A stretch of 64,000 nucleotides of DNA. Origin: the human T2T-CHM13v2.0 reference genome, Homo sapiens. The stretch lies in assembly GCF_009914755.1 (NCBI RefSeq), contig NC_060927.1, one strand, 5' to 3'. Numbering within the stretch: position 1 is the stretch's first letter; the number at the start of each line of letters is the position of its first letter. The translations under genes and the position numbers were made by a program. Positions 13,879 through 30,055 of the stretch are shown one piece after another. A model generated the notes under the pieces. The model did no database searches and had not been told where the DNA came from. It saw nothing but the letters and a program-made list of their open reading frames with translations.

Positions 13879-13981
13879 AATTCATTCTAATTATGATTTT
13901 TTGTTTCCTATTTGAAAATTTTTTCATACTCCAAAGATTTTCAAATAGGAAACAAAAAATTAATCATAATTAGAATGAATT
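13879..13981. repeat. Near-perfect inverted repeat, 41/45-bp arms with 17-bp spacer
   Basis: Left arm 13879-13919 AATTCATTCTAATTATGATTTTTTGTTTCCTATTTGAAAAT; right arm 13937-13981 is its reverse complement plus a 4-bp TTAA insertion. Confidence 0.95.
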
Positions 13982-14159
13982 AGATTTTTTTTCAACTTTT
14001 TCATTGAGATTTTCAATCCATCTGAAACTGATTGTTGCATAAAATATGAAATGGGGTCAATATAAAATTGATAATTAGTTTTTTTTTAAAAGTAGTGGGC
14101 AAGTTATGGAAAAGGTAATGCTGTTGATCCATACAGATGCAATATAAATTGCTCTGATA

Positions 14160-17670
<3,511 letters not shown>

Positions 17671-18939
17671 AAAAATACAAATCATAATTTTTAAACAAAC
17701 TTTATAAATATAGTTATTGTTCTATATTTTCTCACCTTTATAGTCAAAATTCATTGAGATTATTGACATATCTCATTAGAATTGTTCTTTCATTATTTAT
17801 AAGTTTAATTTTCAAATTTCAAATAGCTCTTTTACTGTTTTTATGCTTACACTGTGAATTGTCAGAGAGTTAGTGATTTCAATGATATTCATAATAGAAC
17901 TTGTCTTTAGATGAAAGTAACTATAAATCTACCCCCTTTGCTTTAACTAAAAAAAGTACTTGTTACAGTAGAATAGGAAGGAAGAATTGACTATATATTC
18001 AGGTAACTCTAATAGAAGCCACAGATTGGTGGATCTAGGAAAAATAGTAAAAATTAGTCATTTGTTATATACTTTGAAGGTGGAGTTAAATTTCAGAAAG
18101 TGGAAATAGAAGCATTTAAGAGAACCCCATGGAGAAATAACAGCATCAAGGTGAAAAAAATGTAAGTCATGTTCAGGAAGGAGCTGTCCATTTTGCGTTA
18201 GCATGGGTTCTATATGGGGTAGAAGTGGACAAGTGTGCTGACAAAGGAGATTTATCTACATTCTTTAAGGTCTTGATTTTCAAATAAGGATCCTGTCCAT
18301 GACTCTTGCATGTCAGGAATCCATCAAAGATTTTAAATACTTAACTACTATGATCATAATTTACCTGACTACTATATAGAGTATGAATTAGAAGAGTGAG
18401 ACATTAAACCTAGAGATTCGTTTTTTTCATGGAACTCTGGTTTATTTTGGTAGAAATTTTGTTAAAGAACACAGTTGGGATGCTAAACATTTTCATTATC
18501 ATTAAGTATTTTCGTTTTTTTTCCTAGGCCTTACTAGTACACAAATGGGGAATTTTTATTTTTCAGAAAAACTACAAATCAAATTAAATATTAAAAGATT
18601 TCTTGCATAACTTATTTGACTTGATATTTCAGTATCCTTGTCTTACAAGCAAGATTTTGGTCCTTAGTGATGTTGAAAAAAAGGTGTACGTTTTTGCTTC
18701 TATATGTAATAGTTTCAAAGTAACAATAACATAATACACTAACAATAAGACAGGTAGCAAAATTACTCTAATAATATGGTTACCAATTGGAATTAAATAT
18801 CTTTATATCTTCAGGATATGTTCTTAATGATGTAGCTTTCTATAAACATATTGAAAATATGTTTATAGAAAGCCAAAATATTGTTTTATATTCTTTTGAA
18901 AAATTCTTCTTAGTGCAAATAATGCTAATAACTACCAGC

Positions 18940-18982
<43 letters not shown>
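18940..18982. repeat. Compound (CT)n(AT)n microsatellite
   Basis: About 11 CT units followed directly by about 11 TA units. Confidence 0.95.
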
Positions 18983-19806
18983 AATTTGTTTCAGTTAGTT
19001 TTCAACATCAAAGTAGGTTTTTCTACTTTTGTATTTCATTTAGTTTTAATGATAAAACACACAAAAAACAAGGTACAATTAGAGGATAATATAATGATGT
19101 GTACCAAAAAGTCAGGAATAATAGAAAATTTGTATGGTAATAATACTTTTTATTATTTATGGATTAAATCAACATGAGTATTTCTTGTGGGGTATGTTAA
19201 GAGTGTAGGTTTATTATGCATAACAACGTATCGGATGGAACATGTATTGTAATGTAATACCAATAAACCATTTATCAACTACATTTGCCTACAAACTTCC
19301 TGGCCACACTAAAATTAGGCCAGAGATTTTTGTAATTTTCTATAGAGTTAAAATTTTTAAGTCTCCTCACTAGTTTCTAGCCTCCGTTTCTCCTCTTTCC
19401 CCTCTCCTCTCTGATTTGATGTCACTTTCCTCAGCAAAGCTCTTCAATTGCATCTCATATCCTATGTTAAAAGTGAAAATCTTTACTATGTGCTGCTAGT
19501 TCCTACATTACTAGCCCTTCCCATGTCCTCTAACTCATAGTCCTTATCTCTTATTATGGTCTCAGTGCTTCACTCTCTGTTCATGTTGATCACATTTCTA
19601 ACTGCTATTGACACATTCTGGCCTCAGAGGACAAAGCTGGACCTTGGAATTTTTGGAATCCTTTATCACTAGTGTTGTTGGAGATATTATCTATGATTTG
19701 TTTTATTATCTCTTTCAGTCATCCTATTTACTCTGCTTTTCTTGTGGAAGAACTAGGGAGATAAAAAACACTATCAAATCATATTTCCAGAATATAATAA
19801 TCTGTT

Positions 19807-20108
19807 CATTTTATTTATGTATTTTTAACTTAACAAATAACATTTTATGTATTTGTCATGTACAGCATGATGTTTCAAGGTATATATGCATTGTGGAATG
19901 GTTAACACTAGCTAATTAACAAGCACATCACTTTAGACAGTTATTTTTATGGTGAGAGCTGTCAACATCCATTCTTTTTTCATTTTTCAAGAACACAATA
20001 TACGAATGAGGAGGAGCTTATCAAAGGATACATAATTATAGTCAGATAAGCATAGATTCAAGAGAGCATTGTACAGCAGAGTGGCTATAGTTAATGACAA
20101 TATATTTA
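19807..20108 (-). mobile_element. L1MA-type 3' end with inverted 5' segment
   Basis: About 19820-20003 is an antisense L1MA 3' terminus; 20004-20108 is the adjacent upstream L1MA sequence in sense orientation (TCAAAGGATACATAATTATAGTCAGATA...ATAGTTAATGACAATATATT). Confidence 0.7.
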
Positions 20109-20883
20109 CATTTGATTTTTGAGTAGCAAACCAATAACTACTTACTGAACGGAAAGGCAAATTTACAAAATGCCAAAGAATGTTATGAAGGGTGAAATCT
20201 CCCTCCTTCAAAAAGCAGGGTAAAAGCAGTCCCAGGAGACAACCACAGAGAGCTTTCAGAGACACAGAAAGGGGCCAACGTGACATGGTTTCAGTATCTC
20301 AAAATATGAAAGAGGAAACACTGTTCTTTGGAGAAGGAGAACAGTAGTATTAAATACTTTCAGAGGTACAGGAGACTGGGAAATATGATTGGTTGATTTT
20401 GGAATAATCGATTTAATAGAATAGTGAGTGGAGTCAGAAGTCAGCATGTTGCTGTCCAATATATTATTGAATACCATCAAACATTAACGTGCAGTGCTTG
20501 CCTATTTTACAAATTCATTTGTGCTACATCCATTATGAAATAATGTTTAATGAAAAAATAAAAGATGAAAATAGAGACTGTCTTATATGAATGGTGCCTT
20601 ATTGAAATTGTATTCTAGGGTTGAATTGAATTGTAAACCATGTATAAACATATTAAATTCAAACCACAATAGGTGTGACTTGAATAAACTAAGAAAATTT
20701 AAAAATCGTTTTCAAGCATAGCTTTAAAGTGAAAGCAATAACATGCTAAATTTGATTAAAAGTTTCTGTTCTGATTCATTTTGAGAAAGCCTCTACTTAG
20801 AATAAGTATCTAAAACTCTGTTAATTATACTTAGAAGCATGAAATGCCTATTTTCTAAAAGCACAGACAAACAAATCTGAATA

Positions 20884-21189
20884 GTGATCGCCATTCTAAC
20901 TGGTGTGAGATGATATCTCATTGTGGATTTGATTTGCATTTCTCTGGTGGCCAGTGATGATGAGCATTTTTTCATGTGTCTGTTGGCTACATAAATGTCT
21001 TCTTTTGAGAAGTGTCTGTTCATATCCTTCGCCCACTTTTTGATATGGTTGTTTGCTTTTTTCTTGTAAATTGGTTTGAGTTCTTTGTAGATTCGGGATA
21101 TTAGCCCTTTGTCCAACATGGCACATGTATACATATGTAACAAACCTGCATGTTGTGCACATGTACTCTAGAACTTAAAGTATAATAAA

Positions 21190-21221
<32 letters not shown>
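20884..21221 (+). mobile_element. Short 5'-inverted L1PA (about PA3-PA6) insertion
   Basis: 20884-21113 antisense ORF2 3' region (minus-strand peptide [12 protein letters not shown]...[11 protein letters not shown]); 21114-21190 sense 3' terminus; (TA)n tail; exact TSD AAATCTGAATA at 20873-20883 and 21222-21232. Confidence 0.92.
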
Positions 21222-21222
<1 letters not shown>

Positions 21223-22049
21223 AATCTGAATAACCTTGGATTGAAAATATGATGGAATAGCCAGCATGAATGTATGAATAAACATAAAATTTAGATTTAA
21301 AGGCTTTTAAAATTCTACTCTTAATGAGTGACAGTCAAGTATTTGGGGACATTGAGAATCTGTTTCAGTCATCACCACAAAATGGTTTAAGTGTAAGAAT
21401 ATCAACAAGAATCAACTTCTTTTTACTTAAATGAAACATTAATTATCTAAATTATCCACCAAAAACACATTACGGTTACTTACTTTTACATTACAATTGC
21501 CAATAAATTGTAAAATTTTAAGCTGAATGTATTTTTTCAAATACAAATATTTTGGAAGACAGAAAAATGTGGATGACCCCTTTTAATATTTGCAATAACC
21601 ATTTCTGAATTCTCATTCCTCCTCTTTATCACTTTTATGCTACACATGCAATGTTATGCCATGATTTTAAAATTAAACATAATTGTATTTCCCCTTTTGG
21701 AAATATGCTTCTATAACCTCCTCTCAATGGCTGTGTGGTATTCCGTTGAATGGATACACAGTAATTTTTACAGCCAATTTGGTGAAAAATTTGTGTTTAT
21801 CTATGACTTAAAAAAAGTTTCAGTATCTATTATTGTAATCACGTATTTGTCTTTATCATATATTCTTTAGAAAATATTTAGGAGGAATTTCAGGAAGAAA
21901 GCACCTTAACATCTTCACGATTTTTGCTGTATAAACTGTTCTTCAGAAGAATTTAATTTGCAGTATGCAAGAACTTGTTTACTCCCCTCTCTTTGACATC
22001 ACTGCATAGTGTCATATAAGTACAAAACATCTAAGAGTATTAATAGTAA

Positions 22050-22385
22050 AATATTGTCACAACAATGCTGCATAATTAGTCACCTTAAAACTTAGTGGAT
22101 TATAACAGTTAGACTTTATTTTTCTTGCTCACAACTTTGATTCAGACTGTAGGCTTCTTGCTGGGTCAGGCCTACTTCGCACATTACTTCATTCTTCTTG
22201 GGCTAATTGTTCCCTGGGCATGTTCCTTTCATGGTGACCACCAGATTGCATATGGACAAGTAGGAATACATGACACCTTTGAAGACTTGCCTGTAAACCA
22301 TTGTTTCTGTCAATATCCTGCTGAGCACCAGAGGGCACGTGGCAAAGCTTAGCATCAGTAGGAAAGAAAAGTCACCTACCCATAG
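22050..22385 (-). mobile_element. MLT1-type MaLR LTR
   Basis: CAATGCTGCATAATTAGTCACCTTAAAACTTAGTGGATTATAACAG matches the antisense MLT1 end. Confidence 0.55.
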
Positions 22386-23789
22386 AAAAAAGTGTAATTT
22401 GCTGAATAATCTGAAATGATTATTGATTCAGTTTGCTTTGTTTTATCATTAAGGATCAATATTTGAGACATTTATCTTTGTCGTGAAGAGCCGACCCATG
22501 GAATATAGTAAAAAGCATATATATTTGAGTTCATAAAATATACATTAGAATTTCTACCTCTGAAGTAATGTTTATCAGATACTTGCTTATCAGTATGCTG
22601 TGTGAATATTCACTTAAAATTTTTAGGGTTTCATAAATATATTTTCACATAGTTGTGTAATATATGTTTAAACATTTAAATAATCTGAATATATTTTGGT
22701 ATATGACATGAGATAGAAGTCTGCTTTAAAATTATTATCAATTTTATTACTTTATTGAATATTTAATTTGCTAATTTTCATTTATTATATATTTATTAAA
22801 TTTATTTATTGAATAATTCAACAGATAATATACTACCTTTTTGCCAGTTTTATTAAAAACAATTCCATGCCTATTATTGTTGCTTAAATTTTTGTTTCTT
22901 ATAGTTTTTGATCAACCTAGCCAGAAGTTTAACTATTGGATTGGTCCCTTCAACTGATTATTAGGTAAATTTATGAATTCAACCTTTTCTTTTCCTCCTT
23001 CCTCATTTACAAATTGGTTCTAATCTAAATTTATAGAATAAATGGTGTCATCTTAATTAATTTCTTCAACTTATTTTCTTATTTATTTTTCTAGGTTTTT
23101 AAATTCAATACTTCAATTACTTTTTTTATTCATTAATAAAAGATTAAATATTTTGAATTTTTTCTACAATATTGATCATTTCCAATAAATATTGGCAATA
23201 ATGCATTTGTCATTAATGTCTAAATCTTTTGCATATAGTTTGCTTTTCTAATTTGTAGACTATAGCTACTATCAATGCATGTATTTGATTTCAATTTTTA
23301 TATTTTATATTTTTATAATTTATGTAAATTTATGAATTGAGTGTATATTTACACTTAATTTTTGGTACATAGACTATTGTCACTTAGTTTTGCTTGATTT
23401 TGAAACAAGATATTTAGAGATGTTTCTTTTTGAAATTTCTGCTTACTTAAATTTGTTGCTTTTATTTTTATTACCTATTTCAAATATTTTTGTGGTATGA
23501 TCAGAAAATGTTGCTTGTAATATTTCTATTAAATTTTGGGCAGTTTCTTTTATGTTGTTACCTTATCAGAATTTATAAATACATAATACATAGACTTTCT
23601 AAAAACATATTTTTCTATGCTTGCTTGCAAATATATCTATAGACCTAATTAGGATTTTGTTTTATTTCAACTCTTGTGTCCTTATATTCTATCTAATAGA
23701 TTATTTTGTGGTCTCATAGAGAAACATGGTAATCATTGAGTTTTCCTTATTTTGGAGCTTGTGTTAATTCTATTTTTAATAATTTAAAT

Positions 23790-24873
23790 CTCTCTTTTAA
23801 GTTTTCTGTTTTGGTCATTTATTGTTTTTCACAATTTATTAAATAGTTTCACTGTATTTTCTTGAAGTTCGTTGGTCATTCTTAAAAGTTATTTTGGATC
23901 TTTTTAAGGCAGTTTAGTGAAGTAATACATCTTAATTTCTTTAGGGTCAGTAAGTGGTGCATTATTTTGTCCCTCTGGTGATGTCATATTTTCCAGATTC
24001 TTCTTGATTCTTGCTGTGGTGTTCTGTTGCCTGCAAATTTAGAGATGTAGGTAATTATTCCAATCTTTGCAAACTGGCTTTGAATGAGAATGCACTTCAA
24101 CATCTCTGGGCAGGCCATCTGCTATGGTTCATTAGCTGACTTGCTGCTGGAATCCTCGGGCTCTCTGGCCTCGTGTCTGATTCAACAGGTGAGCAGACCT
24201 CTGGAACTTGGATCCACTTCGGTGGATCTGCTGATTGGGTCTACTAATGTAGGCCAGCCTGGTTTAAAGCCATGTGACTGTCGGGCCAGTGGTGGCAGCT
24301 GAGGTTGGCGTGGTGCGAGGACTGGCCTAGCAATGGGGCAGCCGAAAGTCCAGGACCAGCTGGTCCAAGCCTGTCGTCACTGAGAACTGTTTCGAGCCTG
24401 ATGTGGCTAAAATGAGCCTGGCAGTGGTGTGGACCAGAGATTAACTCTGCTGTGCAGGTCTCAAACCAGGAGCTTCAGGGATCCAGCCTGGCACCAGGGT
24501 GAGTCTGGAGGCTTAGCGCACAGGTACCAGCCTGGAGTCTATGGATTTGGGGGCATTCCCAATGCTGTGGTTGGAACAGTACTGGGAATCAAGGCAAAGT
24601 GCTGTGTTCACTCCCCTTTTACCCCTAAATGGAGGATATCTTTCTCAATGATGTGCTGCCTGGGGTTGGGGGATGGGTGACAAAAGTAGCGTAAAACTGT
24701 TCTTTCTGCTCTTTTTGATGCATCTTGTCTTATTTCTATGCTACACTCAGGCACTATGACGTCTCACTTGGCTCCTTGAGGCTTTTTGAAGGAGTTTCAT
24801 GCATAGATAGTTGTTCAAATTAATGTTTCTACAGGGGGACAATTGCTGCAGAGTCCTATTTCACCATCTTGCT
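23790..24873 (-). mobile_element. Old L1M 5' UTR / ORF1-start fragment
   Basis: Minus strand begins AGCAAGATGGTGAAATAGGACTC; GC-richer UTR 24100-24700; very decayed L1-like T-rich sequence continues to about 22500. Confidence 0.65.
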
Positions 24874-24899
24874 TTTTGTGAGCTGTGTTGACAACGTTC

Positions 24900-25205
24900 T
24901 TTTCCACCCATTTAAAATTAGATTTGCACAAGTGACTTGCTTTGGACAGTGAAATAATAGGGAAAATAATGTGTGTCATTCACTTTTGGGTAAAAAAATT
25001 TAATCAAAACTTAATTCTTATATTTCATTGAAATATGGTGATCTTAGAAGCATGAAAGAAGATTGAACTTTCTTCAGCCTGAATATTTGAGTGACCACAA
25101 TGAGCAGAGGCCCTTACCAACCCTAGTTGGATATTGGCATGAGAAAGAAATACACCTTTGTGGTTTTAAGCCACTACAATTTTGAGGTTATTAGTTCCCA
25201 TAGCA
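24900..25205 (+). mobile_element. MLT1-type MaLR LTR
   Basis: GTGACTTGCTTTGGACAGTGAAAT...GAGAAAGAAATACACCTTTGTGGTTTTAAGCCACT...CATAGCA. Confidence 0.65.
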
Positions 25206-25705
25206 GTGTTCATGGTTGTCCACTAAAAGATTGCCCTAGATTTTAAAATATTGGAATCAAATCAAATTTAAACATAAAACAAACAGTCTGAAGAGTAATA
25301 TAAGGCAGCTATAGTAAAGATAATTGTGGGTCAAATTAGACCCATATGCCACCAGTTTAAACTTCTGTATGTTTTTTTTTCATTATGATTGATTTTTTTT
25401 GCTAACTTCTCTTTGAATTTCTAAAAGGTTTTGTTTTATATATTTTTATGACTGAGTTTACATGTTAATACTTCATTGGATATTTGTTTAAAACCACTTT
25501 AACCAAGCATTTTGTAAAACAGAGTATTTAGACATGAGTAAAATACTCACCATCTATAATGGCACACACATACCTATATACGACATGTAAAAATGTACAT
25601 ACAAATGTGTGACTCACATAGATACATGCTAAACCTACACGTATGTGCCTCATATATATGGTGAAATTTCACTATATTTCCAGCCAATCAATTCTCAAAT
25701 GTCCA

Positions 25706-25706
25706 G

Positions 25707-25746
<40 letters not shown>
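25706..25746. repeat. (GT)n microsatellite
   Basis: About 20 units with one GC interruption. Confidence 0.95.
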
Positions 25747-25748
<2 letters not shown>

Positions 25749-25874
25749 GTATCTTCTAAACAATAAAAATGTTTTGAAAGAAACATATAAATAATCCAGA
25801 AAATAATAAGTAATACTTAATGGATTCCTGTTCTAAAGTCAACTTGATATTCCTAAATTCCTATAAAGTATGTA

Positions 25875-25990
25875 CTATTATTATCCCCATTTGGAAAGTG
25901 GAAAAAATGAATTAAAGTTCAGAGATGTAAATGGGCGTATAGTTTGTTAATGGAGAAAATGGGCCTTGAAACCAGTCTGTCTGATTTGCA
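25875..25990 (-). mobile_element. MIR relic
   Basis: TATTATTATCCCCATTTGG...GGGCCTTGAAACCAGTCTGTCTGATT. Confidence 0.55.
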
Positions 25991-26439
25991 GTCCAGGTGT
26001 ATGAAATCTGTCTGATTCCAGTCCTTCTTTCACAAAGGGCTGAACATAGAGCAGACAGCTTTGAGACTACAGTCAGTGTGGGAATGAGAGGCAGTGGGAA
26101 TGTTTTTGCTTGGGGATCTGTAGGCTCACTTACTGCTTTACATGTTTCATTCCTGGTCATTTTTTCCATTCATCTATATTCTCTGCTGGTTCACTCTTAA
26201 AATTGTCAACTCTTGTTTGTCAAATGCAAACACATTTTCTAGGTTTTTGCTTGTTTTTTTTTCATTCCAGAGAAGAATATCAAATGTAGTCTCTTAATTT
26301 CTCTACATCAGTGTTTTCATTTGACAACTAAAAGCTTAAGCTAAAGTGCTATAATAAGGTTCAATATTCAATAAAATGTAAAAAAATCTAATAATTATGA
26401 GATAATAGAATTTATAATAAATGACAATTATACCGCTGA

Positions 26440-26605
26440 TTTTAAACAACTTATTGCATTTAATTATTGTTTTTTGATTTTTACAAGAGATGCTATCATT
26501 AACTCATTATTTCCAAAGAAGTGAGACTTCACGTACTTTTAAATTTGGCTCAAAATCATGCCACCAGTAAGTGAGGGGTCTCGACTCAGATCCAGGATTG
26601 CACTC
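26440..26605 (-). mobile_element. MIR relic
   Basis: CTCATTATTTCCAAAGAAGTGAGACT...TGGCTCAAAATCATGCCACCAGTAAGTGAGG. Confidence 0.45.
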
Positions 26606-29600
26606 GAAATATTTATTTCTCAGTGAATGCATATTGCAGAGTCGGAGAGAACAGCCCGGAATGGTAAATAGCATTAAATTATCTGTTTAATGTCTTGTTT
26701 TTTCCTTATTTATATTTGCATACATTTTTAAACTCATAGAACCTTTATTGCCATTAGGTTGTTTCCTTTTTAGGTTGTTCATATTCTCCCTCTTGCTTCT
26801 CCCTTTCTGTTTTAAAAGTCCAAATCCATTTTAGCAGTTACCTCATCAACTATTTATTAATTTCTTTATGGCCACTGTTCTATTACCTTTTATTGTTCCT
26901 CAGTGTTTATTCACCTATACACTTATCCTCCCAACTTTGATATTCTTTCTTTTAAAATTCAACCAATGTTATAGCCATATGGTAATTGCAGGTTGTATGA
27001 TCAGCTGTCGTGGTGCAAATTTTCAAATAATATACATACTTATCAGAATCAGAAGATTGTTTTAAAAAGCTTGACTTTTATTCTAGTGACTTATAGATTA
27101 AATATTTTTTTCAAAGAATTTTGATATATGTGGCTCTAACAATTCTTATTCTGGGGATTTTCCAAAGTAACAGTTGGTCTAGGGTTACTATGGCTAGTTA
27201 TTAAGACAGAGAAGCCTCCTTAACATTGCAATTAAGGGTTTGGTTTAGTTTCCTTAAAAATGATTTTATATGTCATTTGCAGTTTGAATAATTACTAGTT
27301 TCACCTCCTATACTTTACTCTGAAACAGCCTAGTTTTAGAGTATGAATGACTTTTTTAAAGAAAAAGTTTAGGAAATTGGTGTTAAATATAGTGCTTTCC
27401 TTTTTGCAAGACTTCTCAGAGTCTTCATTACTTTAATATTTAAATTTATTCAATATGAATTTCCATGGTCACATAAAACTCAATAATATACTTTGGGATG
27501 CCAGTGTTCCTCAGTGTACAGTTTGAGACATACAACTATTTTATCACCATAATTTTTATAGTATCTTAAGTTGCCAGGAATCAAATAAAATATCATCCTC
27601 AAGTCTATACATATAAAAAATTACATTTGTTGAAAAATTTGACATAAGCAATTGATGTTTTTATTTCTTGCTTCTGTGTTTTTCATACTGTGCTAGAGAA
27701 AGTGGAGACCAAAACACAAATCAAACACATTTTGAAAAGAACAAGATATGGGTCTTGTTTCTAAGAATCTTATTCATTAACCCTGTATGTTTACTATGTC
27801 TAGTTATGAAATGTGATAATTGTTTTAAAGGTACAATGTAACAATCATTTTCTTCAAAATATGCTGGCATTAGCATTGTCTGGTGTTCTTTGCCATAGAA
27901 AGTGCTATATTTATAAATTTATATGACAACCGAAATAAGTCTTGCATAGTATGTTTGCATTATTATAAAAATTTATTTTTTGTTTGGTTAACTCTTGGTA
28001 TTTGTAAATACATGCTTACTAGAGTCTCATAGCAACTTAATAGGACAGGACAGTTTATTAAACTAACTTAAACATAGTAAACATGGATTGTAAGAAAATA
28101 GAAAAGAAAAAAATGAGAGAAGGGATGGACAATCATGCCATTTTTGCAAAGCATTTACAAATTCAACTAAAAAATTCTATCCTGCTTTATCTGAATTTTT
28201 CTAGGTGGGACAGCTCTTTAAAATAATTATTAGTTCTATGTCTGTGGTAATTTCCCTACAGCAGAGAAGAAACATTCATACTATTGTAAAGATATAATAG
28301 CTACCATATACAAATAAATGTCTGAATGATTGTATGACAGGCATTAATATTCTTAATACCTAAGTGCAATAACATTATAACTAACTCTGACTGATTAAAA
28401 GGATGGTACTAGGTTCAATAGCTGGTTGTGATGCCATATGGTTTGGTTGTGTTAGTTTCCTAAAGAAGAAAGACAAAATATAAACCAAAGGCAGGAAAAC
28501 ATTGTTAAATAATAAATCTCATATTCACTCAAATTGAAAGCAAATAATAAGACAGAAAAAAGTGTGTATGATCATTTAAACAGATATTTTCTAGTAACAT
28601 TGTACCATGATGGCACAATAGAAAATCCTGGATTCGCCTTTCCACCATTTCGACAGCAAAATATTAATCAATTCCCTTTGTAAGAAAACCAGAAACTAGT
28701 TAAGAGGCTCCTGCACTCCAGAAAAATGTGAAACCAGCAATATAAAAAACAGTAGAAAACGTTGAGGCATTCTCTTGCTAATTTCCACCACAAGCACAGG
28801 GCCATATGATCAGGAGGAAACACCCAGCTCACAGCTCCTCTCTGAGGAGGAAAGAAGTTGGACTGAACATCTAATGCCCCAATTTGTCTGGGTCCTGCAC
28901 AAGGGACTGGTTTCTATCTCACCTGTCTTTGAGAGCTGATGGGGCCTAGGATATGCAAGTTCCCTAGGGCCTATAGGGAGCAAAATGGTAGTTAGAGCTA
29001 GTATGTAGGCATTATCACATCTCCTTTCCCTAGATCAGCACAGAGTGAATGAGCAGTAAATCCTAGCTCCCAGCTTCTATCTGAGGAGGGAAAGAGTTGG
29101 CTTATGCACCCAAAATTTCAACTTTATCAGCAGCTAACTGAGGGTTTGGTTTCTGTCCCACCTGTATCTCAGCACTTAAGAGATTTTGCATACTCTAGGT
29201 GCATGAGACTGCTAAGAATAAAGATGACAGTTTTAAATAACATAAAAGTTTAAGAGGCCCATAGAACCTCAAGACAGGTTGATTGGTGAAGATTTTCTTC
29301 TGTATAAGATCAATCCGGTAAAAGGAGAGTTTTTTTAATGAGTAAATACTGACCCAATGGGTCAAGGAAAATGAAGAAGCAGGAAAGCACAATCCAAACA
29401 AAGGAACAAGATAGAACTCCAGATTGAACCCTAATGAAATGGACATATACAAATTTCCAAAGACGGAATTCAAAATAACTGTCATAAAAATGCTTGATGA
29501 GTACGGGAGAGCAATGCACAAACAAAAGGAGAATTTCAAGAGAGATAGAAATTTTTTTTAAAAAAGAACTAGACGTTAACCTTGGAGACAAAGAATAAAA

Positions 29601-30055
29601 TAACTAAACTGAAAAATTCAATAGAAGGTTTCAACAGCAAACAAGTCTCCAAAGCAATCTCGAAAAAGATGTACAAAGCTGGAAACATCACACTTTATGA
29701 TTTCAATATATATTACAAAGGTACTAATATTAAAACAGCATAGTAATGGCATAAAGGCTGACAAATAGACCAATGAAATATAATAGAGAGCTCAGAAGTA
29801 AATCCACACATTTATAGTCAACTGATCTTCACTAAGAATACCAACGATACACAACAGAGAAAGGACAGTCTTTTCAACAAAAAGTGTGGGGAAAACTGGA
29901 TATCCACAGGCAAAAAATTAGGTTAGACCCAATCTTATAAAAAAAATTAAATGTATTAAATACTTAAATGTAAAATCTGAACCTGTAAAACTCTTGGAAG
30001 AAAACATATGTGAAAAGCTTCATGACATCGGCCTTGGCAAGAATTTTATTGATAT

